Source of the DNA: Veleropilina oligotropha
Taxonomy: Eukaryota
Assembly (NCBI GenBank): GCA_048128005.1
Contig: JBEUKZ010000008.1
Location: 496,001 to 560,000 of the forward strand
DNA: 64,000 nucleotides
Direction: 5' to 3'
Made by a program: the position numbers and the translations under genes. The notes beneath the pieces are model-generated. The model was given only the letters and a program-made list of their open reading frames with translations. It had not been told where the DNA came from and searched no databases. Shown piece by piece: positions 1 to 12,484 of the stretch (its first letter is position 1; the number at the start of each line of letters is the position of its first letter).

Positions 1-1619
1 TCCATGGCAACAGGTCCTGGTATGATGTAAAAGAGTGTCAAATAAGATACTACTTTAGTACCGATTTAATTCACTCACATGACTTTTTACACAAAAGACA
101 TTGTTATAAATAATGTCTTATTGTCTTAAGTAGTAAATGTTTTTAGAGTAATAATGGTAGTCTCTGAGCAACATTTTTTAATATATATATAATACATAAC
201 AAAGGACAGTCAGAATTTCATTTTGGCGCGGTAAGTGCTGGAAGGTTGTGGGTGTTCATGTGGTATATTTCGGTCGAGAACTTATCAGAAGCCGGTAAAT
301 ACTGCTCCATTAGTGATGTTTGCAAGAGGTATTACACCGTTGTGTCTAAATGGCCGTGCTAACAAACGGTGACATACTGGTCAAAGCAGATGGCACCCCA
401 CATTATTAAATTATTATTTCATGAGCCAATAGCACTTGGTGTGCCCATAATTGTATAAAGAGTAGATTACACACAAAGCAAGGCACAGACACTTGTTCCT
501 TCAACAGCTATTGTACTGTTCGTCTCGCTCGCAATTGTGAGATGTGCACAGGCTCTCCATTTTTCTTTTTTAACTTTATTGGCTGTTTCACAACTATCAC
601 AACATCAAAGGAACATTAAGAATGAGGGATTTACACTGTAAAGAGGTGAAAAATGAGAGTTCTCCCGAGTAGAGACGCTATTGTCGTGTAAGGCGATAGG
701 ACTATTTAAATGAAAAATATTGAATGTTAACTATTATGATACTCAGACTGCCTGTGTGTTCCTGTACATACATGTATATTATTAAACACGGATTGTTGTA
801 ATATAATATTAAACATTTCTAAAGCGTATTCATTGCTGTTTCTGCATTTCGAGAGACTTTCAATAGCATATTAATTTCACTTTATTCATGTACACTTGAC
901 AGAACTTGACTGAAAATTATCTATTTACAATATTCATAATCAATGTACTATTAACGCAAATACGAAGGCGAAAATCACAAAAATGAACTGCTAAAGAAAG
1001 TATGCTCATGCATGCGTGCAGGCTCCTATTGGTGCACTTAATCAGCCAATGAAAATGTGTTATTTCCCATTGAATCACTCACTGTCATCACTATGTATAT
1101 GATATTTAAAAAAAAGCCGATTTGCATGTTTTTAGGATATCTTATTGCATGGTCTTGGATCTTGATTGAATACACTGTCACCATGTTAACTCGCGCTATA
1201 TCTCTATTTCACAAGAGCTATAAAGCTCAAAATGGCTCGCATGCGTGGAACTGCGCATCACTTATATTTCCTGAGTATTGTGTCTACATTCAATAGTAGA
1301 TGACATTATCAATTTGAAATAGACATATAAAGCATATATAAAAAGTTGCATAAAGCGCAAAATTTTCTAATATTGGACTATTTATATGCAAAATTTCAAT
1401 TAACATTAATTTCAATATTTATACTCTTGGGTTAGATGACAATGAAATAGTGATATCTGACAACGGAAGATGCCAAAGTATGCCTATTGTTGCATATATA
1501 GCATGCTTGAGAAACTTTAACTTTAAAGTCCGAAAGCAGCATTTTATAGTAAAATTTGATTTAACGTAAACTTATCACAGAAATGAGGTTTTAAGGTAAA
1601 CCTAATATTAGTTAAAACA

Positions 1620-1820
1620 TACTTACGTCCTTACTCTTGCCATAATAGTCATATTATCGCTAACCGGAAACAGTGAATAAAGTCACATTTATGCACTAAT
1701 TAAGTCAAAATATACCACGATCACCTCCCCTGCTTCCCCTCTCTAAGTTCCTCCAGCGAGATCTCGCCAAGTCTCGCGAGACATCCGGGCTATCAAGTCA
1801 CCAGACATCAATTCAAAGTT
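1620..1820. repeat. DIRS copy A 3' inverted terminal repeat (201 bp)
   Basis: Reverse complement of 10032-10232 with no mismatch seen. Confidence 0.95.
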
Positions 1821-1878
1821 CAGAACCCCAAAGGAACTTAGCAGAGGGGAGGAATGCGAAGCAGGGTGGGTAATCGTG

Positions 1879-1968
1879 GTAAGGACGTAAGTATGTTTTA
1901 ACTAATATTAGGTTTACCTTAAAACCTCACATGTAGTTACAAACTTACTTACGTCCTTACTCTTGCCA
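1879..1968. other. DIRS copy A internal complementary region (ICR)
   Basis: The first half is the reverse complement of the left terminus (from 1584) and the second half is the reverse complement of the right terminus (to 10247), joined like a circle junction. Confidence 0.92.
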
Positions 1969-2804
1969 GAATAACCTTGGATAGGTGGGTAAGAAGTTCC
2001 TTACAGCAAACCCAAACAAGATAATGACTTACTTTTCACCATGTCAATCAGCTCGAAGCGTCGATTGTGTCCGCCCAGAGTGGAATTTTCTGAGAATTAT
2101 ATTCAACTCTTACCAAGCGAGAATTTCGACCAGTGTTACCGGGAGAATACGCCGTGGTGTTAGACGGACGAGGTGAACGGAAGTGCAATCAGCCCCAGGC
2201 ACGGCCGGAAGGATGAATCCCTGTAGGTCTTACGTGTCATGGACCAGTGGCAGCCAAATGGTACTCCTGGCCAAAGGCCGGTAGCCAGAGGATGCAGTCG
2301 GATTTGTAAGCACACGGAACCTAATAGGTTGTGAAAGCGTGAAATCAAAGCAAAGAATTAATAGATTAAATAAATAATCGATATTAATAATTGATTCGCA
2401 TGACCAACTTGCGAAACGCTAACATGTACGACATGTCACTTAAAATAAATTTTTTAAGGAAGCAAATATGTACGACATGTTACTTAAAATAAAATTTAAG
2501 GAAGCAAATATTAAATTTTTTCCAATGTCTTGAACATCGTATGTTCTATACAGCATAGAACATCAATAATATTGAACCTCAAATCAAATAAGATTTTCGC
2601 AATATGATTGTTTATTAATTCAATGTAATCTGGCTTGTCAATATACTCAGGTATGACATGAAAGTATCAAGATCTTAAAATGTTTTTAAGAAATGAACAG
2701 ACATTGAATCGCCTCATAATGTGTCTATTTCATAGAACAATGAGGCCAACAAATAACAATGCGTCAGCATGAATTATGTAAATTGATCAATCAACAAATA
2801 ATAC

Positions 2805-3800
2805 TCACTGATTAGACGACCTCGGTCTAACAATACATCGTTGAGCAGTTACTAGGGAGACTGCACAATCCATTAGCCGCATGGAATAATCCCCAGAAAA
2901 GGCTTAATAAAGACATTTTTGAGAGGCAACGCTGAGAAGTGAATCTGCGAAAACACGGACCTCGTGTGCGCGGAACGATACAATAGTGCGTGCGGCCTAC
3001 TTTTCACAGCGAGAGAAGTCTCTCACTATCTGTGAAAACCTCCGCGAAACAGTCGTCTATGAAATGTCGCGGATACAAGAAGGTAAATACGAATAAAATA
3101 TACGTAGTTTTCTCTGCCGCGCAGCACGGATCCTGTCGAGGTAGTAACGTAGGCACGCCTATGACAGATTCATCGGTCCACATCGGGTCTCTGACCAGCG
3201 CTAGGGGATAACGATATCGGTTGCGTCGTCGATCGGCCGTTGATTCTTGGCGAGGAAACCCAAGATATGACGCCGCATCACCGACCCGTCGACTGGAAAC
3301 GAACGTCTCGTAGCTCTGCCTAGACTATGAAATACGGAACAACGCCTGCCCGACGCTAAGGCGATCAGAAAAACCTGTTTTGTGCGTTAAGTTCCTCATA
3401 GAGGACGGGCCCATAGGCTAGTCGGGTAGAAAGAGAGCGTTAAGAATGAGAGCGATGTTTCAGGCTGGCCGAATCGTACGGGTCGAAATTTGAGTTCGAA
3501 GGATCGCAGAAATCCAAATAGTTCGGTCGCTAGGTAGGCTACCACGGGCACGGCACTCGCGACCGTTGCCCGATAGCTTTGACGGCGGACACTGACATAC
3601 CGCGTTCAAAGAGCGACGATAAAAACTCAATAAACTTGTTCACAGGGGGCGGAGTATATTGACCTGCCGACTGTGACACCAATCCACGTACTTAACCCAT
3701 CGGTAGTCATAAACTTTAGTCGTGGAAGCCTTCTCGATCGATAGATGCGTAGGGCTGTTGCGAGAAATTCCTTTCTTAGCAAGGGATCGTTCGATAACCG
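2805..3800 (-). pseudogene. Heavily eroded DIRS tyrosine recombinase
   Basis: Colinear with 20959-22040; TTKVYDYRWVKYVDWCHSRQVNILRP is retained, but there are many substitutions and small deletions and no continuous ORF. Confidence 0.85.
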
Positions 3801-5800
3801 TCAGGCGTGTAAACGTAAGTCGTACGGCGATGTTGTAATACACGGCTGCGCGCCTGCATTAAGTAACCGGCCCGGTCTCTGCGGGAGCGATAACGGTCGG
3901 TCGACGATCAGATCGAGGAGGGTCGGAAACCAAGGTTGCGTGCGATATAGGGGCGCGATTAGCGTTATCTGCAACGTTCGTTCGATGCCTTCTGTAATAC
4001 CAGTGTTAGAATACACGACGGGGGGAAGGCATACGCGGCCAGATTCTCCCATGTCATTGACAGTGCGGCGACCGCTAGGGCGGCCGGGTCCGGGTACGGG
4101 GAGACATACAGAGGTAGTCGGTAATTAAATTCTGTTGCAAACAGATCGACTCGGGGTTGTGACCACCGGCGACAAACGTCCCGAGCTACTCGGCTGTGTA
4201 GCTCCACTCTGTGTGTATTATCTGTGATTTCCGAGAGAGCGAATCCGCTCTGACATTCAGCTTTCCCGGGATGTGTCGGGCTCGAATCGTCGAGTTGAGG
4301 GACATCACTAGGCGGTGTAGGTCTATTGCTCGGTCGCAAAGGGGACGCGAGCGAGTGCCGCCCTGGTGCTGGATGTAAGCGACGACAGTCGTGTTGTCCG
4401 TGGCGAGCATTATGTGCTTGTTGCGGAGATGTGACGAGAGGGACCGTACTGACAGGTAGACGGCTTCTAACTCTAGGAAGTTGATGTGTCGTCCCTGAAG
4501 GTCCGTCGGCCATAGGCCTGATGTCTCGTAACTGTCGAGGTGACCACCCCAGCCGTCGTTCGAAGCGTCTGTGAACAGGTAAGCGTTCGGCTCTGGCGGG
4601 GAGATAGGAACCGACTGGTCCGGCAAAGCAGGGTTCAACCACACTGCTGTTGTGCTGGTAAACCAATGCCGTAGATCGATGCGATCCGTCCACTGCCCCG
4701 TCCGTTGTATCCAGCGATCCCTGAACGCCTGCTGCAACGGTCGTTTGTCCATGTGACCCGTCGGTAGTAGGGTCGCTACCGACTCGATGTGCCCTAGGAC
4801 AGTGGCCAGTTGTCGCGCTGTAGTTACGTCCGATGACAGGGTGTCTTGGATAACCGCGCGTAGGTTCCGCATACGCTTCTGGGTCGGCTTCGCGGTGTAC
4901 CGGACCGTATCGAAGACGACGCCGAGGAACGTAAACGTCGTCGAGGGCACGAAGCAGGATTTTGTCTCGTTGATCTGAAATCCCAGGCGCTTCGTCGATG
5001 ACAGGGTAAAGCTCGTAGACCGGAGGCACAGATCCCGGGACGCCCCGAGGATCAGCCAGTCGTCGAGGTACATATGTACCCTGTGCCCTAGAGAGTGTAG
5101 GAAGGCCCCTAGGGCCTGTACTGTTCTCGTGAAGACGTAAGGGGCTGACGATAGACCGAACGGTAGGCGCCCGGACGGATGGCCGCTCGAATCTTCGAGA
5201 GGGTTTCGTGCTGGAATTTCTCGGTACGAAGATATCGGTTGAGATATGAGAGATCGAGGATCGGTCACCAGCGGCCATCGGGTTTCGGGACCAGGAAGAA
5301 ATGGCTGTAAAATCCTGGTGTGCTGGGCGGCGCGGGATATATCGCTCTTTTTAGGAGCAAATCCCGCACTGCCTGGTCTAAGACCGCTTGTTTCTCTCCG
5401 TTTAGGAGGCGAGCGTGTCTTGGTGGTGGTGCCTCGTTTAGGGTCGGATGCCGGTTGAACCAACTTGTATCCGGCACTCACGACGGAGGGACCCAGCTAC
5501 TGTCTGGTAGTCTAGCCACGGCTGGCTGTACGCTAACAGATACGCTTCCACCGGCGGAAGCGGGCAGCTGGGACTGTCATGTGTGCCGGCAGCCCTAGGG
5601 CCGAGGCTTCCCTCTCCCGCTCTGACGGGAGCTTGTTGGAGGTGCTTGCCTCCTCGGAGTGGGTTAATGGCCGGGGGCCTACCACCCGAAGAGGGCTTTG
5701 CACGCTTGGAAGGCTTCGGGGTCCGGTGGGCCCTGAGCGCTTCCTCGAGTCGGCAGGTGGACCCCGGGTAGGGTGCAGTACCGCCTTCTCGATGGCACGG
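3640..5800 (-). pseudogene. Disrupted DIRS pol (RT-RNaseH-MTase)
   Basis: LPFGLSSAP, YLDD, FTDAS and DLFATEFN...YAFPP motifs are split across frames; a 112-bp deletion at about 5167 (copy B 23401-23512) removes the SIDLADAY motif. Confidence 0.9.
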
Positions 5801-7846
5801 TCCTTCATGTCCGCCGCTCTCTTGTCGACGAACTCCGTAAAGTTGTCGCCAAAAAGAGTGGTGGCCGAGCAAGGCACGCATCGCAACGAGCGCCGGGTGG
5901 CCTCATCTAGCGAGGTGCCTTCAAGGTAAGCGACCCTACGAAGTAGGAGTGCGTTACCCAGGACACGTCCCGTCTCCAACGCGTTGGTCTCCATAACGGC
6001 AGCAACCTCATGGAGGAAGGACAGGGCAGCCCACGGGCGCCGGGTCCATCCTCCTGTAATACGGCTATCGCCCCGTCTAGGAAAAATCCTGAACGGACGA
6101 CAGCCACAGAGCCCATCGGGCGGAGCTCTCGAAAGCTTCCAAGGCGAACCCAGGAACTCTCGCTACAGAGGGAGTGTGACTGGCGGGCAGTCAACGCAAC
6201 GCTGCGTCAACACGAGCCGGCTCAGTCGCCAGGAACGGACCAGTACATGCGAACGGGATCGAACGCGAACTGGCCCGGAGGTACCTCCCACTACGGAACC
6301 CCGAAGGGTACTCGGTCAGTGGGGAGGACTCCACCGGATTGCGCCCCCGACTGAGCTTGGTTGTCGAGTCAACACCCGATCAACCAGCCCAGACTGAGGT
6401 AAGGAAGGAAGCAAGGGGGCTTCCTTCTCAACAAACCGATGCGCCGCCGTCCTGTGCTTGACCGGGCCTACATACGACCGAGTCGGTTCCGGCAGGTCAA
6501 GCACCCCGCGAAGTGACGCAACAGCGTCGAGTTCGGCGGGTGGTGGAGGTCGGCTCCTGCGTGCCTGGAAGACGACCAGCGTCTTCGGGCCCGACCGATA
6601 CAGGGAGGTCGGAGTGAGTGGAGTCGAGGTCCTCGTCGGAACGAGGTTCGATCCCCACCACGGAGGCAGGAGCCGTGCTCTGCGCCACAGGCAGAGGTGT
6701 AGGTACCTGGAGCGGCTAGGAAGCCGGTTGCCAGGCCCGACATCGGGACTCGAACTCCGCCGCGAACATAGCCTGGACGTTCTCTAAAGAGAAACCCGGA
6801 GGCATGACGGGCGTCGAACTAACAGCCGGTAGTTCGGTCGAAGTCACCATGGCGCTAGGTAGACGGGCTGCATGGACAGGTGTAGCCGAGAACCCTATTT
6901 TAGTGTCTCGGGACACGTGTCGAGTGGTCGAACCCGAAAGAACGGCCCGGAGGCGCGTTCGGTGGGCCGGAGGCGCGTTCGGTGGGCCGGACGACCGGTA
7001 GGACTGCGGCAACAGTCCGTATCGGTCTACCACTCTGTTCGCGAGAGGCACGGTCGGAAAACCGCCGTAGAACCCCGTCCCGAACGCAGCCGGTCTGTCC
7101 ACGTTCTCTAGCGTGACCATCGTGGGTGCACGGGAGAGAACGGGCCCTCTGAAAAGCTCGTGAGCATCGAGGTTGAGCGGAAAACCCTTAGGGGTAGTCG
7201 CGTCGGTCTCGAACGAGGATTCAGGTGTCGCCGATTGTCCGAGTCTTAGACCTACAAGTAGGTGCCCGGCCTCTTTAAAGGCTTTCTCTGCATTGAGTCT
7301 GTCCCCGTCGCTAGACGGAGAGTTTCTCGCAGAAGGACTAACTGTCCCCTATTCTTCGAGGCCGAAGAAAAGGATGGGGAATGTCTGCCCTGTTCAGCGG
7401 TTCGCTGCGTTGCCAGATATACCTTGCTAGCCGGCAAGGTATGGTTGGCTGCAGTTACTAGGCCCGTTTTAGGAGGATCGAACAGCACTCGGGCTCCTAC
7501 CTGAATCTGGGGTCCCGGCAAGGTTACGGCGACTCCCCCATGAGTCGCGGAGGTTACACCGGTAGATCCGGCGACAGACGGCCCTTAAGGTCTACTGTCG
7601 TCCAGCGTCCCTGAAGTAGACAAAAAAACGTTAATTCCCTTTAACCTACCATTTTGTCCCTCCTCGGGGGAGAACCCACCGTGGTAACCGCACTGGACGG
7701 CGTCATCGGTGGATATACGATCGCCCACTGCCTGCTGTTAAATCTAGGCACAGTTCACATATATATATATATACGGTGAACACGGCATTCCGTGCGCCTA
7801 GAAATCCGTGAAACTTCGGGTTACACCCGGAGTTGCACCGGACCAT
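5595..7846 (-). pseudogene. Frameshifted DIRS gag
   Basis: ORF fragments 5533-5994, 6316-6504, 6716-7120 and 7252-7521 match successive parts of the copy B gag. Confidence 0.9.
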
Positions 7847-8213
7847 ACTTCCCTCTCCCTGAATACACGGGAGGGTAGTAGTGGGTGGAACGGGGGTAGT
7901 TAAAAGTATATATTTGGTAGTTGTGACTAATTACTACGACAACTCTTAAAAATTGCCCTGATCTGAAGATCAAAGATCAGACGATATACCGCAAAAAACC
8001 CCGAGCTGGGAACACCGAGGCCGGGTATTTACCCGACACGACCCGGTAAAAAACCAGGCAAATTGACTAGAACAAACGGGGGTTCTCTCTTAGAAAAAAC
8101 CGCCCAGAAAAACACCTGAAAACCTCGTGGATGTTTTTATGTTAGTACAATTGTGTATTATCCCAGAAACGGCAGGATAACAGAAAAACGCAAGCGTGAT
8201 ATCTAAACGATCC

Positions 8214-9624
8214 TACGGTGGCATAGAGATGACATTTACACCTTTTATTTTATGTCGTGGCCACGACATACTATGTCGTGGCCACGACTTACTATGTCGT
8301 GGCCACGACTTACTATGTCGTGGCCACGACTTACTAAGTCGTGGCCACGACATAGCTATCTCGTGGCCACGACTTAGTAAGTCGTGGCCACGACATAGCT
8401 CAGCCAATCAAAACTGTCGTTATATATCAATGGCAAGCAATCGTAAAGTTGTTCCTATAACCAGGCACCGAGTGATACCGTTTAATTACCATTGTATCGT
8501 ATATTTTAATCTTGTTTATAAGATAAACGAGTATCGCGTCTTTCGACAATAATTTATCTTCTAATTGAGTCATTTTTAATATGTCAATATTTGTTAAAGA
8601 GTAATACATCAGATGCCATATTAAGCTATAGAGATAACAGTTTAAATACTTAATTGTTTAATTAAATAGACTATTGCCCATAAATACGCTTTTTTTCTTT
8701 GAAAAGAAAACTAACGGAATTGCACTTTTTGTTTATAGCCTAAAAATTTAGGAATTTTCAACACTTAACTTTCGTCAGTAATTTGTTAACTTACCGTTTA
8801 TAATAAATCGCTAATGAAGATTTAAAACTAATTAAAAGTGGTCCGCTTTCAATTAGCTCTCACCTAGTGACATTTTCAATTGACCTACTTCTAGCAAAAT
8901 TGCGTAGGTTTCTGCTCGTCAAGATAGCTTTCTAGTTGACAATAATATATATTGCCCAGTTGCAATAATAATTTCAATCTGTGCGAAACGTGCGTTTGGT
9001 TCATTTTATACGATAGATGCTATTCAGTCATGCTACACATTCGCTTAATAGACCTATGCAAAGATGTCCCAAAATGTTTAATTCTCAAGAAAACAGTCTA
9101 ACATGATTAATAATATTTAATAATGTAATGTGAAGTCGCTAAATTTAGATGAAATAATACGGAGTGAGGTCGAAGCGTAAATAAATGCAATTTTCATAAG
9201 TTATGATAATTTCAACGTGCAAGCACTTTGATTATCAAATATTTGGTATAATGCTATTTATAATTTAGCCAAGATTAACGAAAAATGCAAAATCTTTTCA
9301 TATATATCTTAAATGCATTAACACTTGTAATTGCGTTGAAGGTTGCAAGTCCATTAACATTGTATCCGTAGGGCACATAGATGTCAATCATTGTAATATA
9401 CAATAAAATGGTAATTACACGGTGTTAATCGATAGATAACAACACATTTGATTGGCTATGCTATGTCGTGGCCACGACATAGTAAGTCGTGGCCACGAGA
9501 TAGCTATGTCGTGGCCACGACTTAGTAAGTCGTGGCCACGACTTATTAAGTCGTGGCCACGACATAGTATGTCGTGGCCACGACATAAAATAAAAGGTGT
9601 AAATGTCATCTCTATGCCACCGTA
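8214..9624. mobile_element. Non-autonomous DNA transposon (MITE) with palindromic 21-bp subterminal arrays, IS3EU-like
   Basis: TIRs TACGGTGGCATAGAGATGACATTTACACC...; TSD CGATCC at 8208-8213 and 9625-9630; empty site in copy B near 26850; arrays built on GTCGTGGCCACGAC at both ends. The superfamily is inferred only from TAY..RTA ends and a 6-bp TSD. Confidence 0.9.
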
Positions 9625-10031
9625 CGATCCTGCCTATTAACGACTCTAGAATTTTTATACAATAATAACCAGCAATAGCGTCGTTAAGGAATTATCCAAT
9701 ATAATGAGTTACCTGTTTGCAGTCTCAAACAATATCAGATAAAAATACCGACCAGAAATTTCTTCGTATTACACGAAACTTCCCCTCTGAGCGGCCATGC
9801 TTTTCCTGCAACAGCGGCGATGTCGGTTTCACTTGATTTTCAGAACTTCTCGAAGTTTTAGAATCACAATCTTCCTATTCACTTGTGTTTTAGATATCCA
9901 CAACACAGGGTATATTCCACAACTTATATATTAATATATAAGAATTATAGCGTCCTCGATTTAACGTATAAACCGGCGGACATTTCGAAATATTTGCGGA
10001 GCAAAAAACACGTCTTTCCGTCTCGGCGGAA

Positions 10032-10232
10032 AACTTTGAATTGATGTCTGGTGACTTGATAGCCCGGATGTCTCGCGAGACTTGGCGAGATCTCGCTGGA
10101 GGAACTTAGAGAGGGGAAGCAGGGGAGGTGATCGTGGTATATTTTGACTTAATTAGTGCATAAATGTGACTTTATTCACTGTTTCCGGTTAGCGATAATA
10201 TGACTATTATGGCAAGAGTAAGGACGTAAGTA
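10032..10232. repeat. DIRS copy A 5' inverted terminal repeat
   Basis: Reverse complement of 1620-1820. Confidence 0.95.
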
Positions 10233-10250
10233 AGTTTGTAACTACATATG

Positions 10251-10783
10251 ACCATTTGCCCCCACAAAAGCACCTGATCCAGGAACAGGCTGTCACAGTG
10301 ACCGACTTTTGGTACCCGACACACCTTTGGGATATGAAGCATGCACACAGCATGTTTCGTGTCCCTCAGTCAAATAGTATGGGAGATATGGAGATGAAGG
10401 TATTTTGGACTGAATGCGATCAAGCGTGGAAAGAAGGTCATGGTGACCTACTTTTGGTACACGACACACCTTTGGGATATGACGCATCCTGTGACACATC
10501 AAGTTTCATGTCCCTAGGTCAAATAGTATGGGAGATATGGATTGGATAGGAATTTTGGACCAAACGCAGTAAAAAGTGAAAAGTAGGTCGCAGTGACCTA
10601 CTTTCGGTACGCAACACACCTTTGGGTTATGACGCATCCACACATCAAGTTTCATGTTCCTAGACAAAATATTATCGGAGATTATGTAGCAGAAGAGAAT
10701 TTGCAACAGACCAACTGACAGACAGACATGTTGGCTCCTATATGCCCCCCCCCCCACCCCTAAACTTCGTTTGTGGGGGCATA
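10251..10783 (-). mobile_element. HINE/DINE-1-like element, family 1 (~145-bp internal repeats), split by DIRS copy A
   Basis: Internal tandem units, GACA microsatellite and terminal TATGCCCC...GGGGCATA inverted repeat; homologous to 43876-44802 and 48353-48971; its missing end lies at about 1562-1585. Confidence 0.8.
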
Positions 10784-11089
10784 ATTATCTTCAATATTAT
10801 TTATTTATGGTCAGATAACAATGAAATAGTGATATCCAACATATAGTAATGCTAAAACACGCATATTGCTGCTTATATAGCATGATTGAGAAACTTGAAC
10901 CAAAAACGTTAACATGAGAACCAATTGTTGTCGGCCGGACAGCCGGACGGTCAGACGACATGCTCATTACATAGACTCGCACTTGCGTTGCATGCGAGCC
11001 AAAAATTGGCAGCTCTGGAGGCAGTGTGATCTCGAGTGTCAACTGTGAAATCACTAGCTCGCCTGCTCTGACTAATATACGAATATGGT

Positions 11090-11205
11090 CTATTATCGGT
11101 TAGACCAACGACAATCTTTGTTCAGTTAACAATCACCATTGTCCGTAACTGGCAGGAGAGGATGGATTTTGTCGATATACAGGACATTAAGCATCGGTCC
11201 AATTC
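11090..11205 (+). mobile_element. Degraded SINE fragment (family S1)
   Basis: ttgttcagtt...ttgtccgtaactggcaggagag...atatacaggacattaagcat matches the S1 body and tail. Confidence 0.55.
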
Positions 11206-11861
11206 ACTCCAATATGATCAAAATTCTTCTGCGAGTGAATGCGTCATTCAAGTATTTCATATCTCAGATTACATGCAACTTTATGGATTTGCCATAAAGG
11301 AGAATATCCTTCCACTATGACTACCTTTCAATCAGTTGTGTGTGGTGCATTCTCCTATATGCGACCAATACTAATCTCCCCGATCGACCACCCAAAATTC
11401 ATCAAAATCGACTGTATATTATTAATAGATCGATCACTGATGACATATTGTTATCTACACCTGGTACAAGTAAACAGCAAACAATCACGCCCAGGAATAA
11501 ATTTTGTTATCCGAAAGGTGAGGAGGTGTAATACTACTACAGGTGCACTTGAGTATACTGAAGTACTGGGCTCTATACATATTTGTTTGATAACATTTTA
11601 TGATCAAAAACTAATACAACTATGGTTAGTCTGGTCTATATATGTTATCTATCAAATCTGGACAATCACTGGCCAACCTTAGAAACTACACTTAAACAAT
11701 TGTTGTGGCATCATTCTCTTGTCTTGGGCCGTGGTTGAACTTAACCCAATGCATGTCGTCAGTCAAACCATGGGGGTCTACTTTCTTACACTAAAAACGG
11801 GTGCATTAGGTTATTAAAATCATAGATTTTAAATTATTGTACACTTTTACAATGGTTTAAG

Positions 11862-11975
11862 TTGGTTATATCACTAGGTTTGCGTCATCTAATCGGAAAA
11901 GCCTGTGCAGTTAAACAACTCTGCGTGGCTTAACTGCAGGCTTGACCGATTAGAAACCAAACCACATAACCTATA
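11862..11975. repeat. Short hairpin-forming interspersed repeat
   Basis: Imperfect palindrome (tctaatcgg..aagcctg..cagttaa / ttaactgcaggctt..ccgattaga); a related copy lies at about 43560-43700. Confidence 0.5.
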
Positions 11976-12484
11976 CATTAACTTAAGCGAGTCCCTGCAT
12001 CATTTTCAATAAACTGAAGTTAACTGAAAAACAAACAGCTACATGTGAAACTTAGATAAATCGATTTGTCATGATGAATAAATCCACAATTTGATTTTAT
12101 GCAGGCCATCAATATGAGACATGGTTATCCTGAAGAAAAAATGCATTTCCAAAACCCTCCCCAATTGGCAGTAGACAATCTCAACAAATATATTGTCACA
12201 ACAAGCTGTTATTCTACAGATTCATCTGGTATTATATATCAGAATTAAACAGCAAGATGTATGAAGTCCTTTCTCATATGGAAAGGAAGTCATTTTTCAT
12301 ATGAAACAACTTCTTACATTGATCTAGATTTACTGTAAAAGGTCTCATAATATCCACTAAATTTATCAAATTTACATCAGGTTAACGGTTGAAAATAATC
12401 CCATCAATTGTCCAAAGTTAGCATAGCAAAAATCACTATATATAAAGTGACAAATTCTATAACGGAATATAACGTTAATCTTAC

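Larger units (their letters stand above)
1583..10250 (-). mobile_element. DIRS1-type tyrosine-recombinase retrotransposon, copy A (defective, carries a MITE insertion)
   Basis: Inverted terminal repeats at 1620-1820 and 10032-10232, ICR at 1879-1968, ATG at both ends (1583-1585, 10248-10250), and disrupted gag/RT/RNaseH/YR sequence colinear with 19739-27475. Confidence 0.95.

Noticed and set aside
8252..8396. CRISPR-like array of palindromic repeats (also 9465-9585)
   Set aside because: The units are contiguous 21-mers without unique spacers, there are no cas genes, and they are subterminal repeats of a TIR element.
12404..12484. Hydrophobic C-terminal tail (apparent transmembrane helix) of the 286-aa ORF
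   Set aside because: It lies after a strong GTAAGA donor and is probably intron read-through.
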